In this document: one piece after another, positions 18,463 to 29,723 of the stretch
Numbering within the stretch: position 1 is the stretch's first letter
Layout: the number at the start of each line of letters is the position of its first letter
The notes under the pieces: model-generated
Databases searched by the model: none
The model's input: the letters and a program-made list of their open reading frames with translations, nothing else
Told to the model about the DNA's origin: nothing
Program-made: the position numbers and the translations under genes
From: an uncultured Clostridia bacterium
Lineage (GTDB): Bacteria > Bacillota > Clostridia > Christensenellales > UBA1242
Direction: 5' to 3'
Assembly (NCBI GenBank): GCA_948442695.1
Contig: CAOJSF010000003.1
Coordinates: 46,716-110,715 of the forward strand
Length of the DNA: 64,000 bases

Positions 18463-18936
18463 AATTTCTCCTCTAAAAAAATCTATTGTCATTATAGCAC
18501 AAATAAACAAAAAATCAAACATAATAAGTTTAATTTTGTTTATCAATTTTTGATTTATTCTCTTGCAATAAGTTGATATCACCTTTGTTTATTAAACTAT
18601 AAGCAATCAAGAAACTATCAATTTCAATTTTCCCCGCTTTTTGTCTTTCTTATTGTAAAAAGACACTTATATTTTACAACTCTACAAGTTTTTTCAATTT
18701 TGATTATGACAATCTTGCAACAAACAGAAAACTATAAATTTTTTCTATGTCCACCTTTTCTATTTTTTCCTTTCTGTCGCTTTTGCTTATTCCTTCATGG
18801 TCAATCGAAAGCAAAATCTTCTTTCCTTTTGCCTCCACATTTTTTGACAAATTTTTATAAACAAACTCAATTTTTTAATAAAATAATATAAACAAAAAAA
18901 TATTGCCTGAAAAAGCAATATTTTTTATTTTTTCAA

Positions 18937-20121
18937 CTATTTTGCCACAACTTCGTTTTCAAGTTTTAAAAACAAAAGTTTGAGCGTTGAATCATCATTT
19001 GTGAAATAGTCTTTAAGTTTTTCATAATATGCTGGTGCATCCTCAAAGTCGTTTTTGTATGCAACGATATCTTCGCCATAAACTTCAACAAATTTATAAA
19101 CTGAAAATTTCTTCATTGCCTGACGGACATCTTTGCGATTTTCAGCAAAACGAGCAAAAACTGTTTTTAAAGATTTCACCTTTTCCACAATAGGATTTGG
19201 TTTTGGCTCTTCATTTTCTGACTCGCCTGGTTTTTCTTCATCTTTGTCTTCATTATTTAAAACTTCATCTTTCACAGCAGCGTCAGCCACTTTGCCAGCC
19301 TCAACTTCTCCTTCATCTTTGCCTGATTCATCTGGTTTTTCTTCTGGTTTTGGAGGAACAATGAGGTCTGATGTTTTTTCACTTGTTGCCAACTTATTAA
19401 AAGTCTCATAAACATCAAATGCGAAAAGTTGAGTGTCAAGGTCTGCACCTTTTCCAGAATCTATCAACAATACTTTAAAATCTTCATAGATTTTTAAATA
19501 TTCATAATCGATATAGAAATCAAACTGCTCCTTTGTCATGCTCTCTTTTCCGACATCTTTTGTCATGTTTAAATATCTGTCATTATACTTTGCAAGTGAG
19601 AACGCACAATCATAAACCTTGTTTATAAAATTTGTTACTGAAATTCTATAGTTGTAAAAATGTGCATTGTAAATTTCATAAGAGATATCATTAATATTGT
19701 TGATAGAAAGCAATTTGTCATGCTCACTCTTAACATTTTCATAGCCCTTTTTCATGGCTCTGACAGAATTATTCAAACTGGCATTTTTGACAACACCCTG
19801 AGTTGTATTTAGTTTTTCATAATAATCATCTATAAATTCAAGACCTGCCCCCAGCACAGTCACATAGTATTCATAACCTTCAAGCCCACTGTTTTGAGAT
19901 GTTTTGAATCCTATATCTTTGATTGAAAATTGAGTGCTTAAGCCGTTTGCTGTCTTTGTTTCAAAAAGCGATGAATCTTGCTTTATAGTATCCATAACTG
20001 AAGAATAGAGGTCATAACTTTTTTCTTTTTCCTCTTTCTCCCCACATCCAAAAAGGATAATTCCAGAAAGAGCAATGACAATCGATAAAACGATAGGCAA
20101 AATAAACTTTTTAATCGCCAT
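18937..20121 (-). CDS. lipoprotein, hypothetical
   Basis: A signal peptide with lipobox LFGC, and an acidic E/K/P-rich linker in the middle. Confidence 0.6.
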   Translation of the reverse strand: MAIKKFILPIVLSIVIALSGIILFGCGEKEEKEKSYDLYSSVMDTIKQDSSLFETKTANGLSTQFSIKDIGFKTSQNSGLEGYEYYVTVLGAGLEFIDDYYEKLNTTQGVVKNASLNNSVRAMKKGYENVKSEHDKLLSINNINDISYEIYNAHFYNYRISVTNFINKVYDCAFSLAKYNDRYLNMTKDVGKESMTKEQFDFYIDYEYLKIYEDFKVLLIDSGKGADLDTQLFAFDVYETFNKLATSEKTSDLIVPPKPEEKPDESGKDEGEVEAGKVADAAVKDEVLNNEDKDEEKPGESENEEPKPNPIVEKVKSLKTVFARFAENRKDVRQAMKKFSVYKFVEVYGEDIVAYKNDFEDAPAYYEKLKDYFTNDDSTLKLLFLKLENEVVAK

Positions 20122-21106
20122 AATTACCTCCTATGATGCTTTTCACAGTTTCGTAAAGCCCCTCTTTATCTTCAACACCTTCAAAAGTTTTTGTAAAATC
20201 AATCCTGCCACCCACTTTTTGTGCTGAAGCAAGGACTGATGAAAGGTCTTTTAATTTATAAACTTCAAAGAATCTTTCAAACTTATCAAATTTTGCCTTT
20301 ATCTCTTCATCAAAATAATAATATTTTATAGGTGAATCAAACGTTTCTGTCAAATTCTCTAAAACAAATCTTCCAAAGATAATAGTTGAAAGTTCTGCTT
20401 TATAATAATCGGTCTTGAGGTCTGTTCCTTTTTTGTCTTCCTCTTTGGTCTTTTCAAAACTTGAAATGACATCTTCAAACATCTGGTCAACAGTATTTAA
20501 TATAAGTCTGCTTGCGGTATTGTTTTCAAGGATATTACCCATAGAACCAGAATATGCTGAGTTTAGTGCAGCAACAGCCTTTTGATTTGCCTTCATCCAC
20601 CTTATAAAATCCGCTCTAAAATCAATGATTGCATTTCTCATAGAATCAGATTCTCTTGCAATTTCCTTCATCTTACTTAAAGAAGAAGCAAGTTTCTTTT
20701 GAATCTCTTTTGCCTTATTAAGATTGTTTTTAATAGGTTTAAAATTCTTTTTTAAATTTTTGTTGTTGTTTGCAAATATGATATTGTCATTATAGAATTC
20801 CAAAATTTCATCAACAGCCGTTGCCACCCATGCAATATCATTAAGTTCTTCCGAATATGCCTGAAATTTTGGGACTGCTTCAATTTTATCTCTCAGATTG
20901 ATAAAATCTTCCTGCTCTTTGGAAGAGTCAACCAAAAATGAAGAGTTTGTTGTTCTGTTTAATGTTTGAATTGCATTGTATGTATTTGGTGGAATGCAAA
21001 TTAAAACCACAACCACGGCTATTGCGACAAGCACAACAAGAGCAATGGCAACAAGCCATTTTTTCCCGCCACCTGCCGAATAACCTTTTGAACTGCTTTT
21101 TGCCAT
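20111..21106 (-). CDS. membrane-anchored hypothetical protein
   Basis: It has an N-terminal TM segment (WLVAIALVVLVAIAVVVVLICI). It overlaps the downstream lipoprotein gene by 11 nt. Confidence 0.6.
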   Translation of the reverse strand: MAKSSSKGYSAGGGKKWLVAIALVVLVAIAVVVVLICIPPNTYNAIQTLNRTTNSSFLVDSSKEQEDFINLRDKIEAVPKFQAYSEELNDIAWVATAVDEILEFYNDNIIFANNNKNLKKNFKPIKNNLNKAKEIQKKLASSLSKMKEIARESDSMRNAIIDFRADFIRWMKANQKAVAALNSAYSGSMGNILENNTASRLILNTVDQMFEDVISSFEKTKEEDKKGTDLKTDYYKAELSTIIFGRFVLENLTETFDSPIKYYYFDEEIKAKFDKFERFFEVYKLKDLSSVLASAQKVGGRIDFTKTFEGVEDKEGLYETVKSIIGGNYGD

Positions 21107-21196
21107 TTTGCCTCCTTTTATTTTTATTATTTACATCTATATTATATTTCGTAATCTAAAATACTATTTATTTTCAAATATTTATCTATTTATTTT

Positions 21197-21267
21197 AAAA
21201 ATGTTTATCTAATATGCTTATTTAAAAATGTTTATCTAATATGCTTATTTAAAAATGTTTGTTTATT
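21197..21267. repeat. 27-bp tandem repeat, about 2.6 copies
   Basis: AAAAATGTTTATCTAATATGCTTATTT occurs at 21197-21223 and 21224-21250, with a partial third copy. Confidence 0.8.
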
Positions 21268-21422
21268 AAAATTAGCAACCAAATTGTCTGACAAAATCAA
21301 AGAAATAATCATAAACTTGATTGCAAATTATAAAAAGCAAAGATTATTTTTTTACAATAATATATTACATCATTTTTTGTCCCAAAACAAGCAAAATCTT
21401 ATAAAACTTATAATTTTTTTGA

Positions 21423-22859
21423 TTAATCATCAAAAACATCCACATCAGCCATATTTTCGACTGGTGTTTCTTCAATTTTATCGACATCAACTCTCTCTTG
21501 CTTCTTCACCGGCGCTGTCTTTTCTCCTAGGTTGACAAAAGTTGTGTATTCGCCGATCCATCTAAGTTTGACAGTTCCTGTTCCACCATTTCTGTGCTTT
21601 GCAATGATAAGTTCGATTGTGCCAGGTTCATCCTCCTGCTCAACATCATTATATTTTTCTGGGTTGTATAAAAACATTACAATATCGGCATCCTGCTCAA
21701 TCGCACCAGAGTCTCTAAGGTCAGAAAGCATAGGTCTATGGTCACCCTGTCTGCTTTCAACTCCACGAGAAAGTTGGGAAAGTGCGATGATAGGCACATT
21801 AAGTTCTTTCGCCGCAATCTTCAAGTTTCTTGAAATATCACTGATTTCATTTTGACGATTGTCACCCTTTCTTCCACCTGCAGTGCTCATAAGTTGAACA
21901 TAGTCAATCATGACAATATCAAGCCCATCTTTTGCTTTAAGGCGTCTGCATTTTGTAAGAATGTCGGCTGGAGTGGTCAATGAACTGTCGTCGATGTAAA
22001 GACCACTTGACTCAAGTTTTTTAGCCGCAGTCCAAATCCTCTTCCATTCCTCACCATCCATAGACCCATTAAGTGCCCTAGACATAGGGACTTTTGCAAG
22101 CGAACAAATTGCTCTCTGCATAAGTTGGTCACGACTCATTTCAAGCGAAAAGATTGCACATTTTTTGCCCTGATCAATGGAAGCATTGACAAGAATGTTC
22201 ATAGAAAAGGATGTCTTTCCGATACCAGGACGGGCGGCAAGCAACACAAGGTCACTGTTGTGAAGACCATTTGTGATTGCATCAAGGTCACGATATCCTG
22301 TTGGAATACCTTTTATTGAATATGGGTCTTTCGCAATCTGGTCAAACTTGTCTATTACGTGCTTGACAGCACCATCATTGACACCAACATGTTCAAGTGC
22401 CGAACGAGACTGCTTCTCGGCGATATCAAATATCTCCTTTTCTGCAAGTTGAAGACATTTTTCCTTATCTTCAAATTCATAAGCACTTTCAATTATTCTT
22501 TGTCCTGAATATATAAGTTTGCGTTTGACAGAATCTGATTTGACAATTTCACAATAGAACTTAAAGTTTGCCGCTGATGGCACAACATTTGTAAGTGTTG
22601 TGATATAATCAATTCCACCTACTTTATCAAGCACCTTGTCCTGATCGAGTTGGTCTGTAAGTGTGACAAAATCGACAGGTTCAGAACGCTGATAGATTTT
22701 GTTCATGACAGAATAAATGGTCTTGTGAGATTGAGAATAAAAATCATCCTCCTTCATAATGCCAAAAATATCAATTTGCGCCTGCAAATCGATAAGAATA
22801 GCACCCAAAACTGACTGCTCTGCTTCTATATTATGTGGCATGATTTTATATTCTGCCAT
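21423..22859 (-). CDS. dnaB: replicative DNA helicase
   Basis: PHNIEAEQSVLGAILID, Walker A ARPGIGKTSF, and the SQLSR motif. Confidence 0.95.
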   Translation of the reverse strand: MAEYKIMPHNIEAEQSVLGAILIDLQAQIDIFGIMKEDDFYSQSHKTIYSVMNKIYQRSEPVDFVTLTDQLDQDKVLDKVGGIDYITTLTNVVPSAANFKFYCEIVKSDSVKRKLIYSGQRIIESAYEFEDKEKCLQLAEKEIFDIAEKQSRSALEHVGVNDGAVKHVIDKFDQIAKDPYSIKGIPTGYRDLDAITNGLHNSDLVLLAARPGIGKTSFSMNILVNASIDQGKKCAIFSLEMSRDQLMQRAICSLAKVPMSRALNGSMDGEEWKRIWTAAKKLESSGLYIDDSSLTTPADILTKCRRLKAKDGLDIVMIDYVQLMSTAGGRKGDNRQNEISDISRNLKIAAKELNVPIIALSQLSRGVESRQGDHRPMLSDLRDSGAIEQDADIVMFLYNPEKYNDVEQEDEPGTIELIIAKHRNGGTGTVKLRWIGEYTTFVNLGEKTAPVKKQERVDVDKIEETPVENMADVDVFDD

Positions 22860-23098
22860 GAGTCCCTCCTATGTTGAATTTTTCCTTTGTTGATTTTTTA
22901 AACATTTTATTATTTTTTATTGTTTTTCAATCATATATTTTTTTGAATTTAATCTTTTGCATTCAATTTTTTTATTTAAAATAAACCATTGTCTATAATT
23001 TTTCAAATTCGCATAAATATAGATAAAAGAATATTGATTAAAATCATTTTTTGCAGGTTTAACTTTTTATATTAAAGCCAAACTTTTGTTTTACAAAA

Positions 23099-23368
23099 TC
23101 ATTCCTTTGTAAAAGGGTCTTTCTTCCCGCTTTTGGCAATCCGATTTTCCCTTCTCTTATCAATCTTAGCACAAATCCACAAAAACAGCAAGTAAAATAT
23201 TGTCGTGATGACTATGATGACAAACACGCAAAGAGCGGTGTGGATTTTTGTGTATTTAAAAAAGAGAAAGGCGATGAAACCATCAATGAAGAGCATCAAA
23301 AGTAAAAAGATGACAAGTCTTTTACTGGATTTTTTTAAATCTCTCTTTTCTTCTGGGTTGATTATCAC
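23099..23368 (-). CDS. small membrane protein, hypothetical
   Basis: 89 aa with two hydrophobic segments. Confidence 0.45.
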   Translation of the reverse strand: MIINPEEKRDLKKSSKRLVIFLLLMLFIDGFIAFLFFKYTKIHTALCVFVIIVITTIFYLLFLWICAKIDKRRENRIAKSGKKDPFTKE

Positions 23369-23572
23369 TTCGCCCTCCTCTTATTGCAACAAATTTGCAA
23401 TAAATTAAAACAATTTAATTTTAAAACTCGTTCTTGTTTTAACTTTTCATTGATTAAATTTTAAATTAATTAAAAGAATCATTAAAACATATAATTTTCT
23501 TGATTAAAATAATTTCGCCTTATGAAATTTCATTTTTTTAAATCATTCAATATTTAAAAAAACTCTAAAAAA

Positions 23573-25405
23573 TTATATTTCCCCTCTCATAATCTTTCCA
23601 CGTTCTCTGTTTCTAAGGTTATGGTCAAGGATGATTTTACGTATTCTGAGACTCTTTGGAGTGACTTCAAGAATTTCGTCATCAGCCAAAAATTCGATAT
23701 CATCTTCAAGGCTCATCTTCTTTGGAGGAGTGAGTCTGAGAGCGTCATCAGAGCCAGACGCACGGCAGTTTGAAAGATGTTTTTTCTTGCAAACATTGAC
23801 AACGATGTCTCCGCCTTTTGGGTTTGAACCAACGACCATGCCCGCATAAACTTTCATGCCCGCTTCAACAAAGAGTTCTCCTCTTTCCTGAGCATTGAAA
23901 AGACCATAAACAATGGCTTCTCCGTCTTCATGGGCAACAAGAGATCCAACATCACGACGTTTGATTTCACCCTTCCATGGCTGATAATCATAGAAAACTG
24001 AGTTGATGACGCCTTCACCTTTGGTGTCAGTCAAAAGTTCACTCTTAAATCCAAAAAGTCCTCTTGAAGGAATCAAGAATTCCATTTTAATGCGGTTGCC
24101 ATGTGGATTCATCTGCACAAGTTCTCCCTTGCGGACACCCATTTTTTGCATAACAACGCCGGTGCAATCTTCAGGGACGTCAAGAATAAGTCTGTCAATA
24201 GGCTCACACTTAACACCGTCAATCACCTTAATTAAAACTTTTGGCATAGAAACTTGAAATTCATATCCATCTCTTCTCATATTTTCAATGAGGATTGAAA
24301 GGTGCATTTCACCTCTTCCGCTCACCTTGAATTGCTCAGCAGTTTCTCCATCTTGAACACGAAGTGAAAGGTCTTTGACAGCCTCTTTATAAAGTCTGTC
24401 TCGAAGATGACGAGAAGTCACAAACTTGCCCTCTCTTCCTGCAAGTGGACTGTCATTCACCATAAAGGTCATCTCAACACTAGGCTCTGCAATCTTGACA
24501 AACTCAACAGGCTCAACCACATTGCTGTCACAGATTGTATCACCTATTTGCACACCTTCAAGTCCGGCAATACATACAATTTCGCCCACACTCGCACTTT
24601 CAACAGGCACTTTCTTAAGACCTTCAAAAACAAAGAGGCTGACAACTTTAGATCTTGTTTTCTTGCTCTGGTCATGGAAGTTGCAAAGTGTCACACTTTG
24701 TCCAACTCTGATTGACCCTCTTGAAATCTTACCGACAGCAAGTTTTCCAACATATTCATTATGCTCAGCAGAAGAAACAAGCATCTGACAAGCCTCCTGA
24801 TCATCTCCTTCTGGCGCTGGAATATAATCAACAATTTTATTAAACAGAGCGTTCATATTTTCGCCCTTTTCATTTTGGTCTTCGCTTGCAATTCCCGCTC
24901 TGGCAGAAGCAAAGATAAATGGAGAATTAAGTTGTTCTTCATTTGCATCAAGTTCAAGGAAAAGTTCAAGCACTTCATCAATCACTTCGCTTATTCTCGC
25001 ATCAGATCTATCAATCTTGTTTACAACAACGATGACTTTAAGTTTAAGAGCAAGAGCCTTTTCAAGCACAAAACGAGTTTGAGGCATAGGTCCTTCATAA
25101 GCATCGACAACAAGAAGCACGCCGTCAACCATTTTAAGCACACGTTCAACTTCGCCACCAAAGTCAGCGTGTCCAGGAGTGTCGATAATGTTGATTTTTG
25201 TGTCGCCAAAAAGACAAGAACAGTTTTTTGAAAGAATGGTGATTCCTCTTTCTTTTTCAAGAGCATTTGAGTCCATAACTCTGTCTTCAACAACTTGATT
25301 ATCTCTAAAAACACTTCCCTGTTTCAAAAGTTCATTTACAAGTGAGGTTTTGCCATGGTCAACATGGGCAATAATTGCAATATTTCTAATTTTTTCGTTT
25401 TTCAT
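23573..25405 (-). CDS. typA: translational GTPase TypA/BipA
   Basis: IRNIAIIAHVDHGKTSLV, DTPGHADFGGEV and NKID. The likely start is the ATG at 25405, with AGGA 9 nt upstream. Confidence 0.95.
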   Translation of the reverse strand: MKNEKIRNIAIIAHVDHGKTSLVNELLKQGSVFRDNQVVEDRVMDSNALEKERGITILSKNCSCLFGDTKINIIDTPGHADFGGEVERVLKMVDGVLLVVDAYEGPMPQTRFVLEKALALKLKVIVVVNKIDRSDARISEVIDEVLELFLELDANEEQLNSPFIFASARAGIASEDQNEKGENMNALFNKIVDYIPAPEGDDQEACQMLVSSAEHNEYVGKLAVGKISRGSIRVGQSVTLCNFHDQSKKTRSKVVSLFVFEGLKKVPVESASVGEIVCIAGLEGVQIGDTICDSNVVEPVEFVKIAEPSVEMTFMVNDSPLAGREGKFVTSRHLRDRLYKEAVKDLSLRVQDGETAEQFKVSGRGEMHLSILIENMRRDGYEFQVSMPKVLIKVIDGVKCEPIDRLILDVPEDCTGVVMQKMGVRKGELVQMNPHGNRIKMEFLIPSRGLFGFKSELLTDTKGEGVINSVFYDYQPWKGEIKRRDVGSLVAHEDGEAIVYGLFNAQERGELFVEAGMKVYAGMVVGSNPKGGDIVVNVCKKKHLSNCRASGSDDALRLTPPKKMSLEDDIEFLADDEILEVTPKSLRIRKIILDHNLRNRERGKIMRGEI

Positions 25406-25741
25406 AATTTTCATCCTTTTTAACTTAAAGATTATATCATAATTTTTCCGCAATTTCAAGAATATAAAACAAATTTTAAAATATATCTCAAAATTTCTAT
25501 ATATTGCAATTTCTAAATTTCAAAATTTCTGAAATTCAAGACATCTGAATCTCAAGACTTTTAAAATTCAGAGCATCTTAATCTCAAAGTTTCATAATAT
25601 CAAAGTTTCATAATATCAAAGTTTCAAGACAATAAAAAATAAAACAACATTCAAAACTTATTTCAATTTCTTTCAACTAAAAAAACATATCGTATGATAT
25701 GTTTTTTCTTTACTCAACTTAATTTGTTTAATATAAAAATT

Positions 25742-27877
25742 TTAAAAATAATATTCTGGAATACAGTCATCCAAATTTTTATTTCTTGCCTCTATTTCAA
25801 GTTTCTCGAAATTCTTTTTGATAGTTTCTTCCATAATTGTTATGAATATATCATTTTCTGGATTACCCTCAACTTTAGAATAGACAATTTCCATTGCAAA
25901 GTCAACAAAATCCTCATTCTCTTCTTTGAAATAATCCAAAGGCATTCTCTCAAATTTTGAGATATCTTCGCAAAGCGAAACTAATAAATCATAATCATCC
26001 TTATCAAACTTTTTAAAAACGTCTCTTTCTTGAAATTGTGGCGGAGCATATTGAATGGAAGTCGCATCATTTAAAAACGCTCTCAATACTATTTCAGGGT
26101 CATTTTTCAATCTGTCTGATGCAAACTCAAGCATACTGCCCTTACTTTTTACAGCAGTTTTTACAACCTCAAAATCATCTTGCATTTCATAAGACAGCAC
26201 TTCAAAAAATCTTGAATCTTTGCTCATAAGTGCTAAAGCATATTTTTTAGTGCTTAATATTTCCTGCATTAAATCAGGATCTTTTTCACTATATTCTTGA
26301 AGGAATTTCATATAATCTAAAGAATTTATTTTTCTGATAATTTGAAACTCAGTCCCTTCAAAAATTTTGTCAAACTTTTCCATTACTGCATTGTTTATTT
26401 CTTTTTTATCTTGCGGAATCTCTTGCAATAGTTTTGCATTTTTAAATTTATCTATGACATTTTTGATTTCCACAGAATTTAAAAATTGCTTTTCATCGGT
26501 ATATAAAATTTCTTCAAAAATATCACGATAGACCTTTGCATATTCATTTTTCTCACCTGTCACATAATTCATGTCATCACATTTCTCATCTACAAGATCC
26601 AAAACTTGCTCATAATTCTTGCATTCTTCAAGCCTCAACAAAAATTTTGATTTGTCTGTTTCAAAAGAAACTGATTTGTATACTCTAGAAAGTTTTGTTT
26701 TAAATTTTTCAATAATCATCCTTTTTGAGAAATTGAAATAAACATCTTGCTCATTATCCTCTTTATTTTGGTTTGATTGCCCACCAACCCTATCCAAAAA
26801 CTTTGAAATAGAATCACCCGAAATGAATAATGTGCCAAAATTAAAGAACATTTCAATGTCTTTATTAAGTGTAACAGCCGTAAAGTTTCCACCCCACGTT
26901 GCATCACCTAAGAAAATTCCATCAACGCCATACTTTTCATCTTTAAGATATATTAAATTTGTTTGATGATTGAGATAGGTAAAATCCTTCTTATATTCAT
27001 CCAGACTTTCTTTAATTTCATCTTGCTTACTCTTCAACATCTTTTCTTCAATATCTAATTCTAGTGATCTTTTTTTATATAATTTGTCATCATTTTCATA
27101 ATCACCATTTATCAAAGAGGCCCTAGATTTGTCAAAAGCAATCTTGTCTTGATCCAACCTGTTTTGTTTATATAAAATTTTTTGACGGTCTGAATCTACA
27201 GCCACAGAACAACTTTCAATGCCAACCATAGAAAGAAGTGCTCGCAAATATTCACTTTTGCCAACACAACAACCATAATGATTATTGACTAAATCAACCA
27301 AACTTCTTGTTATACTGTATCCATCTGTTATTCTAGAAGCATTATCTTCATTAAAATAAGTTATATCATTTACAATCTGAAAACATATGAGATATTTTTC
27401 AAGTGGAGAGAGTTGATTATTGTTTCCATTCTCATCAACTATTCCATTGTTTATTTTTTCTGCAATCTCAGACAACTTGATATTTATCTGCACAATTTCT
27501 TCAAAACTTCTTTCTTTTTTATCAAAAATATCTGCAAAATCAAGCAATTCTTTATTAGAACTATAATTATCATAAGAAGAAAATTTAACAGTCTCTTCAA
27601 AAACAAGTTCTCCACCATTTTCATTTATGGCTTGATAATTTTCATTTAACGCTTTAAACTCGTCAGTCTTAAAGAAAAGGTCGCCGTCCGCACACTTAAA
27701 TTTAATCTTCTTTCCACCAAACTCTTTTTCAAAAACCTTTTCTTGAATACAACGCAAAAGCATAGGGTCAATAAGTTGAACTTTTGTCAAAGTCAAAGTG
27801 ACCATTTCATTTCCATGCTTTGCCTTATTGATAATTCTTTCGCCAAAATACTTAAGTTTGTCTTCTTGAGATTGCAT
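25742..27877 (-). CDS. hypothetical protein with a transglutaminase-like Cys-His-Asp core and DUF4116-like C-terminal repeats
   Basis: GCCVGKSEYLRALLSMVGIES is followed later by H..NLIYL...GDATWG. The C-terminal segments are of the form VKTAVKSKGSMLEFASDRLKNDPEIV. I assigned this from motif memory only. Confidence 0.5.
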   Translation of the reverse strand: MQSQEDKLKYFGERIINKAKHGNEMVTLTLTKVQLIDPMLLRCIQEKVFEKEFGGKKIKFKCADGDLFFKTDEFKALNENYQAINENGGELVFEETVKFSSYDNYSSNKELLDFADIFDKKERSFEEIVQINIKLSEIAEKINNGIVDENGNNNQLSPLEKYLICFQIVNDITYFNEDNASRITDGYSITRSLVDLVNNHYGCCVGKSEYLRALLSMVGIESCSVAVDSDRQKILYKQNRLDQDKIAFDKSRASLINGDYENDDKLYKKRSLELDIEEKMLKSKQDEIKESLDEYKKDFTYLNHQTNLIYLKDEKYGVDGIFLGDATWGGNFTAVTLNKDIEMFFNFGTLFISGDSISKFLDRVGGQSNQNKEDNEQDVYFNFSKRMIIEKFKTKLSRVYKSVSFETDKSKFLLRLEECKNYEQVLDLVDEKCDDMNYVTGEKNEYAKVYRDIFEEILYTDEKQFLNSVEIKNVIDKFKNAKLLQEIPQDKKEINNAVMEKFDKIFEGTEFQIIRKINSLDYMKFLQEYSEKDPDLMQEILSTKKYALALMSKDSRFFEVLSYEMQDDFEVVKTAVKSKGSMLEFASDRLKNDPEIVLRAFLNDATSIQYAPPQFQERDVFKKFDKDDYDLLVSLCEDISKFERMPLDYFKEENEDFVDFAMEIVYSKVEGNPENDIFITIMEETIKKNFEKLEIEARNKNLDDCIPEYYF

Positions 27878-28015
27878 CTTCCCTCCCTCAAAAGACTGTC
27901 CGAAACATTCTTTTTATATTTTTATTATACCATAGAAGAAAATATTGTCAAGGCTATGCAACTGATTTAATTTTTCCTCTCTAAAGACAATCACTGGAGA
28001 AGAAAACTTTTGTCT

Positions 28016-29385
28016 TTAAATTTCAAGTTCCTCATCTTCATAAGTTTCTTCACTCTTCTGTGGTTCTAAAATATTGTTATTAATCTTAGGATACTCAGTA
28101 TCCAACGCTTTTTTTTACAGAATCTGCAAGTGGACCATTTATATTTATGGTTTTTAAATTTGTGCAATCTTTAAACGCTTCCTTTTCTATATCTGTCAGA
28201 GTGTTTGGAATGGTGACTTCTGTCAAGTTTTCACAATGTTTTCATAAGCAATATTCTATAATTTTTACTAAGGATGGAATTGTGACTGCTTTCAAATTTT
28301 CACAACTATAAAATGCAAGAGAACCTATCTCTGTCACAGATTCTGGAATAGATATGCTTTTCAAATTTCTACAACACATAAACGCCGCCATTTCTATTTT
28401 TTTCACCGAGTCTGGAATGATAATATTTTCAAAATTATTACAACGCTTAAACGCTCCCTCTCCTATAGTTTCCACTAAATCAGGTATGACAACACTTTTT
28501 AAGTTTTCACAACCAGAAAATGCATGCCTTTCTATGCTTGTCACAAACTTTGGTATTGTGATTTCTTCTAGCATTTTACAATACTCAAATGCTCCATGCT
28601 CTATGCAAGTCACAGCCTCAGGAATATTGACATCTGTCAAACTTTCACAATTTTTGAATGCACCCTTGCCTATGCTTGTCACACTCTCAGGGATTGCAAC
28701 ACTTTTCAAATTTCTGCAATTAAAAAACGCTCCTTCACCTATTGCTTCAACAGAGGATGGAATTGTAATATCTGTCAAACTTTCACAATTTGAAAAAACT
28801 GCTCGCTCTAAACAAGCCAAAGATTTTGAAACGGAAACCTCTTTCAGACTTTTACAATAACTAAATGCATACATTCCTATTGCTTCAACAGAGTCTGGTA
28901 TGGAGATATTTGCCAAATTTTCGCAAAACCAAAATGCTTCATATCCTATTGATTTAACTGAAGATGGAATGTCAATATTCTCTAAACTTTCACAAGTACT
29001 AAAAGCGTCTTCCCCTATGCTCGTCACAGATTCTGGAATGATGACCTCTTTTAAATTTTCACAACTATAAAATGCAAGAGAACCTATCTCTGTCACAGAT
29101 TCTGGAATAGTAATTCTTTTTTAATTTTTACAGTCATAAAATGCACGCTTTCCTATTTCTTCAACAGAGTCTGGTATGATGATGTTTTCCAGTTGAAAAC
29201 AATCCTTAAATGCACATTTATCAATTTCTTTCACTGAATCAGGAATTATGACATTTGTCAAATTTTTACAATCTGAAAACGCATTTGCCCCGATGCTTGT
29301 AATATTCCTCCTTCTATTGTATTATTGTTTATCTTTTCTATATCGTTTAATCTACTTTAATTAGTTTGCCATCTTTAATATCCAT
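28016..29385 (-). pseudogene. BspA-type leucine-rich-repeat surface protein, multiply disrupted
   Basis: The LRR period (IPxSVxxIGxxAFxxCxxLxxV) continues across several lesions. There are two frame changes near the 5' end (about 29300-29350), an in-frame TAA at about 29126-29128, an in-frame TGA at 28242-28244, and a frameshift at the A8 run (28123-28130). The acidic tail ALDTEYPKINNNILEPQKSEETYEDEELEI lies in a further frame. Confidence 0.6.
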
Positions 29386-29415
29386 TTTTTGCCTCCCATA
29401 TTCTACTATACCCTT

Positions 29416-29443
29416 ATTATACTCGGGGGGGGGTAATTGTTAA
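29416..29443 (-). promoter_or_regulatory. promoter whose 16-nt spacer contains a C9 tract
   Basis: On the minus strand: TTAACA (29443-29438), then atta-CCCCCCCCC-gag, then TATAAT (29421-16). The GGGAGG RBS and the ATG at 29385 follow. Confidence 0.55.
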
Positions 29444-29723
29444 GTGCATAATAAAAAATAAGCAATCAAATTATCGTCATTTAAAAGCCTCATTTGATAA
29501 ATCAATAAATTTTGTTGTTTATTTAAAACAATACTTCTTTTATTATCAAAACAAATAAACGCATTGATTCTTTAAAATAAAAAACTCGAAACATAAAGTG
29601 CAAATTCAAAAAAAACCGCTGATAAGACATACAAAAAATTAATAATTAAAAACCTACCACTTTTGATTTCTATGACCTTTAAACAACAAAAAAAGCACCC
29701 ACAAAAAGAGCGCTTTTTTAAAA

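Noticed and set aside
25520-25630. Degenerate 16-25-bp repeats upstream of typA (TCAAAGTTTCATAATA x2.9 and AATTCA[AG]A.CATCT.AATCTCAA x2) as a regulatory RNA
   Set aside because: I could identify no conserved structure or known leader motif. It is simple low-complexity tandem duplication in an AT-rich intergenic region.
28242-28244. In-frame TGA in the LRR gene as another TGA=Trp site
   Set aside because: The same gene also has an in-frame TAA and at least three frameshifts, so ordinary pseudogenisation explains it. The consensus residue at that position is F or Y, not specifically W.
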